Origin: Eledone cirrhosa
Lineage: Eukaryota
Assembly (NCBI GenBank): GCA_964016885.1
Contig: CAXHJY010001659.1
Coordinates: 3,257 to 67,256 of the forward strand
Reading direction: 5' to 3'
Length of the DNA stretch: 64,000 nucleotides
The notes under the pieces are model-generated. The model did not search any database, was not told where the DNA came from, and saw nothing but the letters and a program-made list of their open reading frames with translations. Positions 41,241 through 53,981 of this stretch are shown here, piece after piece. A program made the position numbers and the translations under genes. How positions within the stretch are numbered: the stretch's first letter is position 1; each line of letters starts with the position of its first letter.

Positions 41241-43157
41241 ATGAACGCTGCGTCCAACGATAATGGTGGTGGAGAGGCGGTAAGACTACAAAGCTCGCAG
41301 TCAACAACGTCTTCTTCACTAGATACTATAGAGATGGAAAGACAAAATGAAAATAAAAAAACGAATTCACATCCAAACAACACAAATGACACCAAACAGC
41401 TCAATGACAACAAAAATAACAGCAAAACCAATAATGATGATAAAAGCAACAATGATAACAACAACAAAGAAAAAAATAATGACAACGCCAATAACACCAG
41501 CATCAAAGACAACAACAACACCAAGGAAAATACGGATGATACCAACATCGGTGACAACAAGAATAACAACAAGAATAACAACAATAATGACAACACCACC
41601 AATACGGATTCCACAAAGAAACCAAAAATCTCCTTTGCGGAGAAAGTTCAAAAGAAAGAACAATTGATATATCTCGACATAACAAATGCTGAACACCTTT
41701 TAAAGGACGCTAAGAGATATGTCACCTTCGAAAAAAATGGTGCTTTCAGCATCAATTCTCCGGTAGAAATTCGCAAGGAAACTGCTCTCAAAACGATAGT
41801 TTTTAGGACAGTTTCCAATTCTACCCGAAAACCAGTCCAATTGTCACAGAAAGATATTGAACTGGTTTTCAAAGATTCAATGAATGATATTGCATTCATT
41901 CAAAGAAGCAAACTTTTTGGGAGTATTTCGGTACTGATGAAGGATCAATTGACGGCCCAAAATTACTCTGTGTCGCCAATTGTATCCAACCTGTACACCT
42001 TTTTCCCTACATACATGGGAAAAAGGACACAAAAGATCAGAATCACAAGTGTCACACCAAAGGTGAACATATGGTGGATACTGTGCGGCTTCATCAATTT
42101 TGATGAAGACAGAATACTGTCAGTAGGCAAGTCCCCCAGAGATGTATTCAATGGGACTAGCATTGAAGTTCTGGTGCAAATGAGCCCAGAGCGAATAGCT
42201 ATGATCCCACAGCGTGTACTCCTGGACGGACTTACCTACATAAACCTTTCGGTTGAGGGTAGGCGGCCTTCATGTTACCATTGCTTTAGCAGGGGTCACC
42301 TGAGGGCTTCCTGTCCTAAACTAATGAACCAAAAAAAGGCTCTTCTGCCAACACCCATCAAAACAACACAACCACCAACACCACCACTACAACAACAACA
42401 CCAACACACAAAAATAACCACAACAAACACAGTCCCACCCAACCTCACTCCACCTAAAACCACTGCAAAATCACATACAGACACAACAGCTCCCCAAGAC
42501 ATACCCCTCCCCAATCACACAGACGATACAACAGATGAGGCTATCTCGCCATCACCCAGTGAAGACGAGGGAGAACCCCATCGCTCGAAAAGAAAGAAAA
42601 GACATCACAAAAGCAAAAAACCAGTAAACACTACCACAAACATACAACCACCAACACAAACAACAAAAATATCACAAACAAAACCCCCACTTCCTGAAAA
42701 CAAAATACCTACAACAAAACGAAAGCACACACAAGAACTACAGACAAAAACAAACACAACACAAGAAAATTACACTTACACTTACATAAACACTGAAAAC
42801 AAAACACTAATGGAGACCATTACGAACGACCCTTCGGTTTTCACCGAAGGGAAAACTTTCGCCCACTCTATAAAAAATAGCAAAAAAATGAACCTAAAAC
42901 TGATTAGGGTCCCTATACAAACTTATAGGTCCCTAAAAGAAACATTTGAGAAGGATGTGGGGAATTCCTGCGTGAAACCACTCAACCGCGTCCTTCTCAA
43001 ATGCCTCCCCACCCCAGACACCCCCATCCCACCAGACCCCACCCCACCAAACATCTGCGTCCCCACCCCACCGGAAACCACCACCCATCCAGACAACCCC
43101 TCCAACACCCCCATGGAAATCGTGCGGCCTGGTCCCCAGGAGGCGAAGGGTGAGTGA
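41241..43157 (+). CDS. Tx1/L1-clade LINE ORF1 (gag-like nucleic-acid chaperone)
   Basis: 638-aa ORF with Asn-rich N-terminus, KISFAEKV motif, CCHC zinc knuckle CYHCFSRGHLRASC and Thr/Pro-rich tail. Lies directly upstream of an APE-RT ORF. Confidence 0.9.
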   Translation: MNAASNDNGGGEAVRLQSSQSTTSSSLDTIEMERQNENKKTNSHPNNTNDTKQLNDNKNNSKTNNDDKSNNDNNNKEKNNDNANNTSIKDNNNTKENTDDTNIGDNKNNNKNNNNNDNTTNTDSTKKPKISFAEKVQKKEQLIYLDITNAEHLLKDAKRYVTFEKNGAFSINSPVEIRKETALKTIVFRTVSNSTRKPVQLSQKDIELVFKDSMNDIAFIQRSKLFGSISVLMKDQLTAQNYSVSPIVSNLYTFFPTYMGKRTQKIRITSVTPKVNIWWILCGFINFDEDRILSVGKSPRDVFNGTSIEVLVQMSPERIAMIPQRVLLDGLTYINLSVEGRRPSCYHCFSRGHLRASCPKLMNQKKALLPTPIKTTQPPTPPLQQQHQHTKITTTNTVPPNLTPPKTTAKSHTDTTAPQDIPLPNHTDDTTDEAISPSPSEDEGEPHRSKRKKRHHKSKKPVNTTTNIQPPTQTTKISQTKPPLPENKIPTTKRKHTQELQTKTNTTQENYTYTYINTENKTLMETITNDPSVFTEGKTFAHSIKNSKKMNLKLIRVPIQTYRSLKETFEKDVGNSCVKPLNRVLLKCLPTPDTPIPPDPTPPNICVPTPPETTTHPDNPSNTPMEIVRPGPQEAKGE

Positions 43158-43190
43158 TCTCTTTTCCTCTTTTAACTTTTCAGCACCAAC

Positions 43191-46100
43191 ATGGCCAATA
43201 TAAGAGTTGGATGTGTGAATGTACGCGGCCTGGGGATGCCCTGGAAACAGGGCAAACTCTTAAACGACCTCAGGTCGCACAGTTTGGATGTGGTAGCCAT
43301 TTGCGAGTCCAGGATCCACGGCGAGCGACAGCTGGCCCCCATCTTCGATGACTTTGAGATCTACGCATCTCTCTGTCAACCGGGGGGTGGGGGCGGAGTT
43401 GCCGTTTTGCTGCGGAAACACCTGGGCCTCGTAACACAGACGGTACATCTGGACCCGGAGGGTCGACTGGTGGTCCTAGACGTTGACGGTAGTGAAGGTG
43501 GAGCGTTCAGGCTGGTGGCCGCATATGCCCCATCCGGGACACCGCGGCCAGACTTCTTCAAACGTCTAGAGACTTTTCTGGGAACGTCCCGCTCCTTGCT
43601 TTTAGTGGGGGACTGGAATGGAATCCTAGATGCACGTTGGGACTATGTGGGAGCATGTCCCGATAAAGGGGGGTGTAACAGCCTCAAACAGTTAATCGAC
43701 CGATTTGACCTGGCCGATAGATATCGACTAGATTTTCCGACTGCGCCACTGTGGACGTGGAGTAATCGTAGCGGAACATCTAGATCGTACCTAGATAGGG
43801 TTCTAGTTAGAAATAAGGATAGGGACATGTTAAGCTGTCCACAAATGTTCATGGTTGCCTATTCAGATCACAAACTAGTGACCTGCATGGCCAACCTTGA
43901 TAGAACCCATAGACAAGGACCCGGCTACTGGAAGCTGAACTTGTCGTTACCGACAAGCAAAGCCTACAGTAGACGGATTAGCACTTTAGTTAAACAGCAC
44001 TTGACAGGGGCCATTGTCAACAACAGATGGTGGTACTCTCTCAAGAGGGCAGTTAGATTAGACTCGATAGTTTTTAGTAAAGAATTAGCGTTAGATAGAA
44101 ATAGAACCGAGAAGGAACTGGTAGATAAAGTAGAAGAGGCAATTAGAAGTGGCAACGTAGCCAGCGTGCTAGCAACGAGAACGGCCTTGGACCAGTTCTT
44201 CGACGCAAAGCACGAGGGCTGCGTTGTCAGAAGCAAAATACGTGCTCTGGGAAACGAGGGAGCCAAAGCTGTTAGCTGGGCCCGAGTGACGGAGGCAAAA
44301 AGTGGCAACAAGTCCACGATTCGGTCTTTGAAGGACCAAAACGGACGCGTGATACGTGAGCCGAAGCAGATGTGTGCGGCTTTTCAGCGGCACTTTGCTC
44401 GGCTGTTCGGGGGGAGCGGCGCGCCGGGAGAGGCTATGGATTTCGGTCCATACCTCGACGGCCTACCGCGACTCTCGGACAGCGAGGCGAAGTTCTGCGA
44501 AAAGCCGATTTCAGCCACTGAGATAGGGGACGCGCTGAGCCAATGCGGCAAACGCAAATCTCCAGGTCTCGACGGTCTACCCTACGAATTTTACGTAGCA
44601 ATGCCGGACTTATTCTCCGGTCTCCTGGAAGCGGTCTACTGCAACTGGCAACAGAACGGGAGAATTCCCAGTTCTGTAACCGGGGGCGTGGTCACACTAA
44701 TCAGGAAGGACGAGAATAAGGGGGATGACATAGGCAACTTCCGGCCCATAACTCTGCTAAACACAGAGTTACAGATTTTGGCCAAGGTGTTGGCAAAGAG
44801 GCTGGCGCTTGTCGTCGAGAACCTGGTGGGAGAAGCGCAGACATGCGCGATCCCGACCAGGTCCATACACGACAACCTCCACCTCATGCGATACATCATA
44901 GAGAGGGTAGGGTGTAAACCCGGCTTCGGTGGGGCCCTGATCAACTTGGATCAGTCTAAGGCTTTCGATAGGGTTGACCATCGTTACCTGGATGCGGTGC
45001 TCGAGGCGGCAGGCTTCGGACCCGTGTTCAGGGGCTGGATTGCTGCAATGCACAACAGCAACATCTGCTCAAGGGTCAAGGTGAACGGTTACCTCTCGGA
45101 GCCGTTCCATATTACGCGATCCATTCGACAGGGATGCCCTCTCTCCTCCCTTCTGTACGTACTGACTCTCGAGCCACTACTGCGGAAGCTGGAGCTATTG
45201 CAGGGCATCCCTCTGGAACCGGGACTGCGGAAAGCGGCGTCGGCCTACGCCGACGACGTGACAGTAATGGTGTCGAGCGCCTCGCAAATCGAGGAAGTCG
45301 GCACCTTACTAAAGGAATACGAAAGTCTCACAGGAGCGAAGCTGAACCGGGACAAGTCCATCGGTTTGCAACTCGGATCGTGGAGAGGCAGACCGATGCC
45401 TTCCGATGGCGTCGTCGGACGCTGGACGGAAGGACCGGTAAAGCTGCTCGGGGTCTGGTTTGGTCCGGACCTCCAGGTGGAGAAGAACTGGAACGAAGTG
45501 ACGGCCAAGGTGTTTGCACTCACCCAGAAGTGGGCCGAGTGCAAACTATCCTTGAAAGGTCGAGCGGAGGTGGCGAACACTTTTATAGCGTCCGCCATCT
45601 ACTACCGCTTGACCGTCGTGCCTTGTCCAGCCAAAACGCTCGCCAAAATGGAGCGCGCCCTCTTCCGATTCCTTTGGAAGAGGCGGGCTCCTTTGGTAAG
45701 AAGATCCATCTGCTGCCAACACCCTTCTAACGGAGGGCTGGGGATGCCGTGGTTGACGATGCGCAAACACGCGCTCAGGCTGCGGCATCTCTACGTATTC
45801 CTCACCGGACAACCGGTGTGGGCCCCGTTCGTGAGGCGAGCCTTCCCACGACTCGTCTCGCTGACCGAGCTGCAGTCCTGGGTCAAGCAGAGACCGAGGA
45901 AAATGGGCGACTGGCACATCGAATGTGCTCAGGCGCTCACAGCCCTCTGGCAGGCGGACCCGGCGATCAGTGGAGACTCCACTTCGTCATTCTATAGAGG
46001 GTTGGTCCGCAGCAAGTGCGACGACGCGCTCGGTGAAACTCTAGGCGTGGAGGAAGATGAACTGGCCAGTCTGTTCGGTAGGACCTTCCGCCCGGGACCG

Positions 46101-46628
46101 ATGGACAACTTCCAAAAGTCCCTGGCCTGGCAGTGCTACCGAGGAGCTCTACCAGTTCGAGACAAGCTCTACAGACATGGGCGCCCGGGCAGGGACCCTG
46201 CAAAAAAGATCTGTCCGAGGTGCGTGCGAGACGAAGAAACCGTCGCGCACGCATTCATACACTGCCCGGGCGTCACTGACCTGTGGGGCTATGTAGAACG
46301 ACTATTGTCGCGGGTGGGACCAATCCAGTTGACCACCGAGTCCATTGTCATGATCAAACCGCCACCCTCCTTCAAAAACGAAGGAGAGGCGGTTTTCCTT
46401 TGTGTGATAGCTATGGCGAAAGAGGTTGTATGGTGGACAAGGTTGAAAGGGCTGAGGTCAGACACCTTTCTCTCCGGCCAACAACTGATTCTTTTTTTCA
46501 AATACCACTTTGGAAGAAGAATCAGGATGGAGAGAGAGGTGCTGTACCCCAGCAAGTTTTATGAAAGGTGGGTGAAAGTGGCGAGAATGGCCCGAGTGAA
46601 TGGGCCTTCTCTCTATATCAGCCTGTAG
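43191..46628 (+). CDS. Tx1/L1-clade LINE ORF2 (APE endonuclease + reverse transcriptase + C-terminal Zn finger)
   Basis: Uninterrupted 1145 aa. APE motifs NVRG, GGGVAVL, YAP, GDWN, YLDRV, SDH. RT motifs KSPGLDG, FRPITLLN, DQSKAFDRV, RQGCPLS, YADD. C-terminal CPRC..ETVAHAFIHC. GPGYWKLN after the EN domain is typical of Tx1. Confidence 0.96.
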   Translation: MANIRVGCVNVRGLGMPWKQGKLLNDLRSHSLDVVAICESRIHGERQLAPIFDDFEIYASLCQPGGGGGVAVLLRKHLGLVTQTVHLDPEGRLVVLDVDGSEGGAFRLVAAYAPSGTPRPDFFKRLETFLGTSRSLLLVGDWNGILDARWDYVGACPDKGGCNSLKQLIDRFDLADRYRLDFPTAPLWTWSNRSGTSRSYLDRVLVRNKDRDMLSCPQMFMVAYSDHKLVTCMANLDRTHRQGPGYWKLNLSLPTSKAYSRRISTLVKQHLTGAIVNNRWWYSLKRAVRLDSIVFSKELALDRNRTEKELVDKVEEAIRSGNVASVLATRTALDQFFDAKHEGCVVRSKIRALGNEGAKAVSWARVTEAKSGNKSTIRSLKDQNGRVIREPKQMCAAFQRHFARLFGGSGAPGEAMDFGPYLDGLPRLSDSEAKFCEKPISATEIGDALSQCGKRKSPGLDGLPYEFYVAMPDLFSGLLEAVYCNWQQNGRIPSSVTGGVVTLIRKDENKGDDIGNFRPITLLNTELQILAKVLAKRLALVVENLVGEAQTCAIPTRSIHDNLHLMRYIIERVGCKPGFGGALINLDQSKAFDRVDHRYLDAVLEAAGFGPVFRGWIAAMHNSNICSRVKVNGYLSEPFHITRSIRQGCPLSSLLYVLTLEPLLRKLELLQGIPLEPGLRKAASAYADDVTVMVSSASQIEEVGTLLKEYESLTGAKLNRDKSIGLQLGSWRGRPMPSDGVVGRWTEGPVKLLGVWFGPDLQVEKNWNEVTAKVFALTQKWAECKLSLKGRAEVANTFIASAIYYRLTVVPCPAKTLAKMERALFRFLWKRRAPLVRRSICCQHPSNGGLGMPWLTMRKHALRLRHLYVFLTGQPVWAPFVRRAFPRLVSLTELQSWVKQRPRKMGDWHIECAQALTALWQADPAISGDSTSSFYRGLVRSKCDDALGETLGVEEDELASLFGRTFRPGPMDNFQKSLAWQCYRGALPVRDKLYRHGRPGRDPAKKICPRCVRDEETVAHAFIHCPGVTDLWGYVERLLSRVGPIQLTTESIVMIKPPPSFKNEGEAVFLCVIAMAKEVVWWTRLKGLRSDTFLSGQQLILFFKYHFGRRIRMEREVLYPSKFYERWVKVARMARVNGPSLYISL

Positions 46629-46865
46629 GTTGAGGAAAAGGAGGAGGAGAGGAAAGGAGTACAAGCTCTTCGTACTCCTGGAGATGAGGGTTGCACATTT
46701 TTTTCGGGGGTCTGTGTTACCCATATAAACTGTCTCCCTCTATTGGGGAAAATCGACTAACTTTTAAATTCCATCTGTGATAACATTTTACACGTTTTTA
46801 TTGTATGTAAACTTCCCCCTTTGTATTTGTCCCCTTCTTTTGTGCCCCTGTGGCTAATAAAGAAA

Positions 46866-47710
<845 letters not shown>

Positions 47711-48258
47711 CAAAGAAAACAAAACACAAGAAATATAACTGGTTAAGCTGCCAAATGTTTTGGACATTGGCATGCAGAGTTGTTAAAGAGAATGTGCTGC
47801 TATTTAGGAGGTACGAATATATAAAACAAGTCAGCTAAAATATAAATGTTACCTTCTATATACCTACGTAACATAACGTAAAGCAGAACTTTGTGTGGCT
47901 AAAACGAGAGGAGAATTTACAAGTACGTTTTGACAATAAAACAATATGGGAAAAGAAGCCAATAAATTTGAGTGACGTTAACTGGGCTAGGCGAAAAATA
48001 TATTGATTTCGTGTGGTTTTTCTATCGAATTGTTAACATAGTCATCTGTTCTGTCTACTAGCGTCTAAAAATTTACTTCGTCCGTCCGCCGTATTGCTTT
48101 ATGTTAGATATACGTAAGATTTGTCATGTTCATTTTTTTATTTTTATTTTTGTCTAATTTTCCTTCCAAATCATTCTTCTATGATATGACAAAAAACATC
48201 AAGAACAATAAATAGCAGTAGGAGTGGTAATAATAATAATAATTCTCATTGATACATA

Positions 48259-48345
<87 letters not shown>

Positions 48346-48350
48346 ACCCC

Positions 48351-48412
<62 letters not shown>

Positions 48413-48763
48413 GTAATTCCAACATCTGGAAGTAGCTTTATCAAGTCTATACATTTATCACGCAATAGTTATTTTGATATGCATACAAGCTTATACATAC
48501 GTACATACAAGCTTATACATACATACATACATACATACATACATACATACATACATACACACATACATACATACATACATACATACATACATACATAAAT
48601 AAATGCATACATACATAACTTTGATAAATTTTGGCCGATGTTAGCCTAAGCCATGTCTAACATAATAATATGTATATATAGATAGGTGTAAATCCCATAG
48701 TCATTCGTGGCCGAAGTGAAGTCTTTATATGTATGTATATATATATATATATCTATATATATT

Positions 48764-48868
48764 TAGTCCAAACCTGAGGGGTCTCTTGATAAGCTCTAAG
48801 CCCCATGGATAATACCAAGATCGGACATATCCACAAACTACGAGCGAAACTATCGATAGTCTGGACTA
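48764..48868 (+). ncRNA. HHR with U3-A8 core, long stem II and an insertion between stem I and the core
   Basis: TAGTCCA-(15 nt)-TTGATAA-GCTC..TGGATA/TATCCA..GAGC-GAAA-CTATCGATA-GTC-TGGACTA. Confidence 0.65.
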
Positions 48869-49281
48869 GAGGAATTTTGGTAAAGTTTATATGCATTTTT
48901 TCTTCTAACTTATATTTTAGACTTAGCTCCGTTTAATTGATTATTTGTCTAGTTAATTTCTACGGACTAAGAGGAAAGACTGGATAAATTTTATCTGACT
49001 GTTCCTCGCGGAAAATAGTCTGTGTCGTTTATCTATTATTTCTTCATAGTTACATTTTAAACTTATAACTCCGTTTAAATGATTATTTATCTAGTTGATT
49101 TCTACGGACTAGGGTGAAGAAAGACTGGATATATTTTATCTAATAATTCTTCAAACTTTCAATTTTATATATATATATATAGTTAGCAATATGCAGCATA
49201 GCAATATAAGGTTGCACTTACCAATGAAACGGTCGTAAATACCTGGATAAAATCCTTCTCTTAATGCTTACCTGTGTTTTC

Positions 49282-49382
<101 letters not shown>

Positions 49383-49725
49383 GTTCGATTTGTTATATCT
49401 TCATTACGTTTATTGAGTAATGACAGCGCGTTTCTCTATTGATCAGCTCAAGGTTCAATCTGTACCGATCTGGCCCGACTCTGGAATCAAAAGCTCGTCG
49501 GACCTCTGTTGTGGTAATGACAGAATGAACCGCTTAGGGCTTTGAAATAGTATATAACGATTCACATTCATTTATGGTGGTCATTTTAAATTTCTTTTGA
49601 TTGGTGGTGATTTTTCTAGAAGGAATGTTTGGGCATGTGTGATAGGTGAGGGGGAGAATTATAATGAATCCCTAAATATCTAATCAGATTAGAGCAAACA
49701 TCACGGACACTCTATCTCAAAATTA

Positions 49726-49761
49726 TTTTTGAAAAGCATTAGAAATGCGCAACCGGTAAAA
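49726..49761 (+). ncRNA. Decayed U3-A8 HHR motif
   Basis: TTT-TTGAAAA-GCATTagaAATGC-GCAA (GAAA mutated)-CCG-GTA-AAA. Confidence 0.45.
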
Positions 49762-49869
49762 CTTAAAACCAAAACTGAATACTAACCAATACTATTACTA
49801 ATTCTCACTTATTCCTAATTAAACTATTTTTCACTGTGAACAATTTGTCAGCATTTTCTTTTCCGTTTA

Positions 49870-49905
<36 letters not shown>

Positions 49906-50194
49906 AAAAGATTCAGGACCCTGACGACTGAGCTCCGGGTGTTTCGACAGCTAGTTCTGAACTCAGACACAGCTGTCGAATAGGCCGGAACTTAGCCGTC
50001 CGGGTCCTGACTTTTTTCCTGTTACCCACTCTACTACCCAGTATCGAGTACTTTGGTACGTTATGGTCCACCTGCTTACTTATCACACTTCATTCGTTTT
50101 AAATATATATATATATATATATACATATATGTATATATATATATTGTTATACACGATTTCAGATAAAGAATCTTGCTAAACAAATTCAGAAACG

Positions 50195-50237
<43 letters not shown>

Positions 50238-50343
50238 TAGTATATCTACCAACATATGTATACAGATGTATACCCATGCTAGCAAATATATATGTTTTGT
50301 CTTAGTACCTTTGTGGTTCTATGCAGGGGGATGCAGAACAATT

Positions 50344-50927
50344 ATATGAAAGACGTAAAATAAGAAAATTTTAAAAATTAAAAATTAACTTACTTACTAA
50401 AATTTTCACTCCAACTAATTAATTTCTGTAAGGGGATAAATATAGTTAAGTAACGTAACTATAGAGAATTCCTTACGTCATCAGGGAGTCTATTCTCAGC
50501 TAAGTTCCCAGGCAATGCGCGGACACTAGGAACCCATATAAAAATAATAATTCAGTGGATGGAATAAAGCTAGCGGGGACTAAATTCCAAAGCACTGAAA
50601 AAATTCACTGCCTCCTTGGTCAGTGGCAGATTCTAAAGAATCAATCACGTGACACTGAGGTTAATCAGTGAGGAGTGGGGTGGTATTATGACAAGAGCCT
50701 ACTACTACCATGAATCACAGTTATTATTTTTATATGGGTTCCTAGTGTCCGCGCTTTGCCCGGGAACTTAGCTGAGAATAGACTCCCTGATGACGTAAGG
50801 AATTCTCTATAGTTACGTTACGTAACTATATTTATCCCCTTACAGAAACTAATTAGTTGGAGTGAAAATTTTAGTAAGTAAGTTAATTTTTAAATTTTAA
50901 AATTTTCTTATTTTACGTCTTTCATAT
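50344..50927. repeat. Inverted repeat with ~205-bp arms, each holding an HHR
   Basis: 50344-50550 is the reverse complement of 50722-50927. Confidence 0.9.
50782..50863 (+). ncRNA. Type-I HHR with extended stem II; mirror copy at ~50408-50489(-)
   Basis: ACTCC-CTGATGA-cGTAAGG..(TATAGTTACG/CGTAACTATA)..CCTTACa-GAAA-CTAATTA-GTT-GGAGT. Confidence 0.8.
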
Positions 50928-50939
50928 ATATATACACAC

Positions 50940-51261
50940 ACACAGAAACAAAATGGCGTAGGACAGAACAAAGGAGAGGCACAGAAACAAAGAAAGGAAT
51001 CCCCAGTCACTGAAGAGGTCACAGAGTGTGTGACGAAAGAACTATGACTATATATAAACAACTATCTGGTTGTGGAACCAACCAACCAACCAGAAATTTA
51101 TAAATTTATAAATTTATTATAAATTTATTATAATAAATTGAAGTGAAAGCAACTGGTGCGTGTGTTTCATATTGGCAACATGACCCTCCCAAAGTATAAC
51201 AATATCGGTTTCAACACACGATTTTAGATAAAGAATCTTGCTAAACAAATTCAGAAACGAA
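50940..51261 (+). mobile_element. Solo PLE pLTR fragment with HHR
   Basis: Near-identical to the reverse complement of 13983-14310. Confidence 0.8.
51005..51049 (+). ncRNA. Minimal type-I HHR in PLE pLTR
   Basis: AGTCA-CTGAAGA-gGTCACA..TGTGAC-GAAA-Gaa-CTA-TGACT. Confidence 0.8.
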
Positions 51262-51277
51262 ATATATAAAGATATAT

Positions 51278-52538
51278 TTCTATTTATTGCCACGAGGGCG
51301 CAAAAGAAGGGGACAAATACAAGGGGGGATTTTACACAAAAAGGCGAGTAAAGAAAACAAATAACAAATATAAAATTAACAATAAAGTCCTCAATAGGGA
51401 GGAAGCGTTTTGAGGGTCGCGCACACCCCCGAAAAAAGAGTGCAACCCTTCTCCTCAGGAGCACAGAGAGAGGGTGCTCCCTCGCTGCTTCATCTTTTCC
51501 ATCTACAGGCTGATGTAGAGAGAAGGCCCATTCACACGGGCCATTCTCGCCACTTCACCCACCTTTCATAAAAACGACTGGGGTGGAGCACCTCTCTCTC
51601 CATCCTGATCCTTCTTCCGAAATGATATCGGAAGAAACGGATCAGTTGTTGGCCAGAGAGAAAGGTGTCTGACCTCAGTCCTTTCAGACGCGTCCACCAT
51701 ACAACCTCTTTCACTATGGCTATTACGCACAGAAACACCGCCTCTCCTTCATTTTTGAAGGGGGGAGGCGGCTTAACCGTTACAATGGCTTCGGTGGTCA
51801 ACCGGATCGGTCCCACCCGTGACAGCAGTCGTTCAACATAGCTCCACCAATCGGCTACGCGCGAGCAGTGTACCAATGCGTGTGCAACGGTTTCCTCGTC
51901 GCACACGCATCTGGGACAGATCTTTTTGGCGGGATCCCTACCCGGGCGCCCGTGTCTGTAGAGCTTTTCTCGAACGGGTAGAGCCCCTCAGTAGCACTGC
52001 CAGGCTAGGGACTTCTGGAAGTTGTCCATAGGTCCCGGGCTGAATGTCCTACCGAACAGGCTGGCCAGTTCGTCTTCCTCCATGTCTAGGGCTTCTCCGA
52101 GGGCGTCGTCGCACCTGCTGCGTAACATCCCTCTATAGAATGTCGAGGTGGAGTCTCCACTTATAACCGGGTCCGCTTGCCAGAGGGCCGTGAGCGCCTG
52201 GGCACACTCAGTGTGCCAGGCGCCCAGTTTTCTCGGTCTTTGCTTGACCCAGGATTTCAGCTCGGTGAGTGAGACGAGTCTGGGAAAGGTTCGTCTCACA
52301 AACCGGGCCCACACCGGTTGACCGGTGAGGAATACGTGGAGGTGCCGTAGCCTTAATGCGTGTTTATGCATCATTAGCCACGGCATACCCAGCCCTCCTT
52401 TCGAAGGGTGTTGACAGCAGATGGATCTCCTCACCAAAGGAGCCCGCTTCTTCCAAAGAAATTGGAAGAGTGCGCGCTCCATCTTGGCGAGTGTTTCTCT
52501 TGGGCAAGGTACGACGGTCAGGCGGTAGTAGATGACGG
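51278..52538 (-). mobile_element. 5'-truncated, decayed Tx1-like LINE related to the 41-46 kb element
   Basis: Minus-strand ORFs 51988-52482 and 51532-51906 match the ORF2 C-terminus ([24 protein letters not shown]). 3'UTR has AATAAA. ATATATAAAGATATAT is duplicated at 51262-51277 and 52539-52554 (TSD). Confidence 0.92.
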
Positions 52539-52546
52539 ATATATAA

Positions 52547-52677
<131 letters not shown>

Positions 52678-53913
52678 TATATATAAAGGTTACCGTTTAA
52701 CATAACATAACCGGAAAACTAGCTCAACGATATATTGCAAAAATAAAAAAAAAACAATACCTCAACGATATACTGCAAAAAAAAAAAAGGAAACAAAATG
52801 CCAACAAGAACACTGATGGGAACACACAACAGAAATTGTAGCTAATTTTGCCTCAAATTACACAATAGCTTTTAATGAATTGCTTGACGCTCCTGAAAAT
52901 GACTTGACGATTGGGGCTGAAATGATACAATATAAACAACATTGATTACATTCTTCCAACTACGTGTATGTATTGGTTAATTTTTCTAACAATATAGAAA
53001 GCGTCGGTTTGGAATGCTTAGCCGTACTTATTCGGGTTCTAGCAGACTTCTTATACACCTCTATTATGAATCACGCTATATTAGTGTTACTACTAATTAA
53101 TCATAGCTATGTAAAGCATGCACTATATGCAAATTAATTCACAGGCATATGTTTTATATTGAAAATGTATATAAGCTATAGCTTATTCTTCTTTCAGTAC
53201 CGAGTGAGTAAACGTCACTGTTGATGGCTCAACAAATACCGAAACAACAATGTATGGTCTCACACGGCAACTAAGAGAGCTGTGACATGATCACAATTTA
53301 AAACATTCACAACGAAACTTCATTATTTATTACATATAAACATCTATAAACCTTGGTATATTAGTGTTACAGCTAATATATATATCCACACATATATATA
53401 TATATGCAAATATATATATCCATATATACATACACCCCCACCACACACCCATATATATAATATATATCATATACATGGTGGCTGCCAACTCGTTTTCGAG
53501 TACGGCCACTACTTTATATCCATGTAGGAGAATCCCTACCGATGCGCTGAACGAGTGTGACTTTTTAGTCCAGCCAGCGACTTGAAAACTCTGGTACAAA
53601 CACTACACCTGTGACAATTATTGACACATAGTGCTGGGCCCATGGTACCCTGTGACGACAAGTGCAGAGAGATCTCCAGATATAAAGCAATGCCTGTGCC
53701 GTGAAGCTTTTATAGTGAGCAAAGGCACTGCACAAAGCCAGTCCCACTCTCTTAACCAAGATGATATTTACCAAAAAGAAGAACAAGTCAACATCATTGG
53801 TAACCACCAGGGTTGCAGGTGTTATATCAGAGTTTTCCTTCTCCTAGAATTCTGCCTTAACAAAGGCTAAGGGGTCATCTCTCCCCATACATACATACAT
53901 ACATACATACATA

Positions 53914-53981
<68 letters not shown>

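Larger units (their letters stand above)
41023..46865 (+). mobile_element. Full-length Tx1-like non-LTR retrotransposon
   Basis: About 220-nt 5'UTR, ORF1, ORF2, then a 3'UTR ending in AATAAAGAA. Flanked on both sides by (TATC)n. Confidence 0.92.

Noticed and set aside
43150-43183. GTGAGT...polypyrimidine-CAG mini-intron that might fuse ORF1 to ORF2
   Set aside because: It is only 34 nt, and removing it would shift ORF2 out of frame because the ORFs are already in the same frame.
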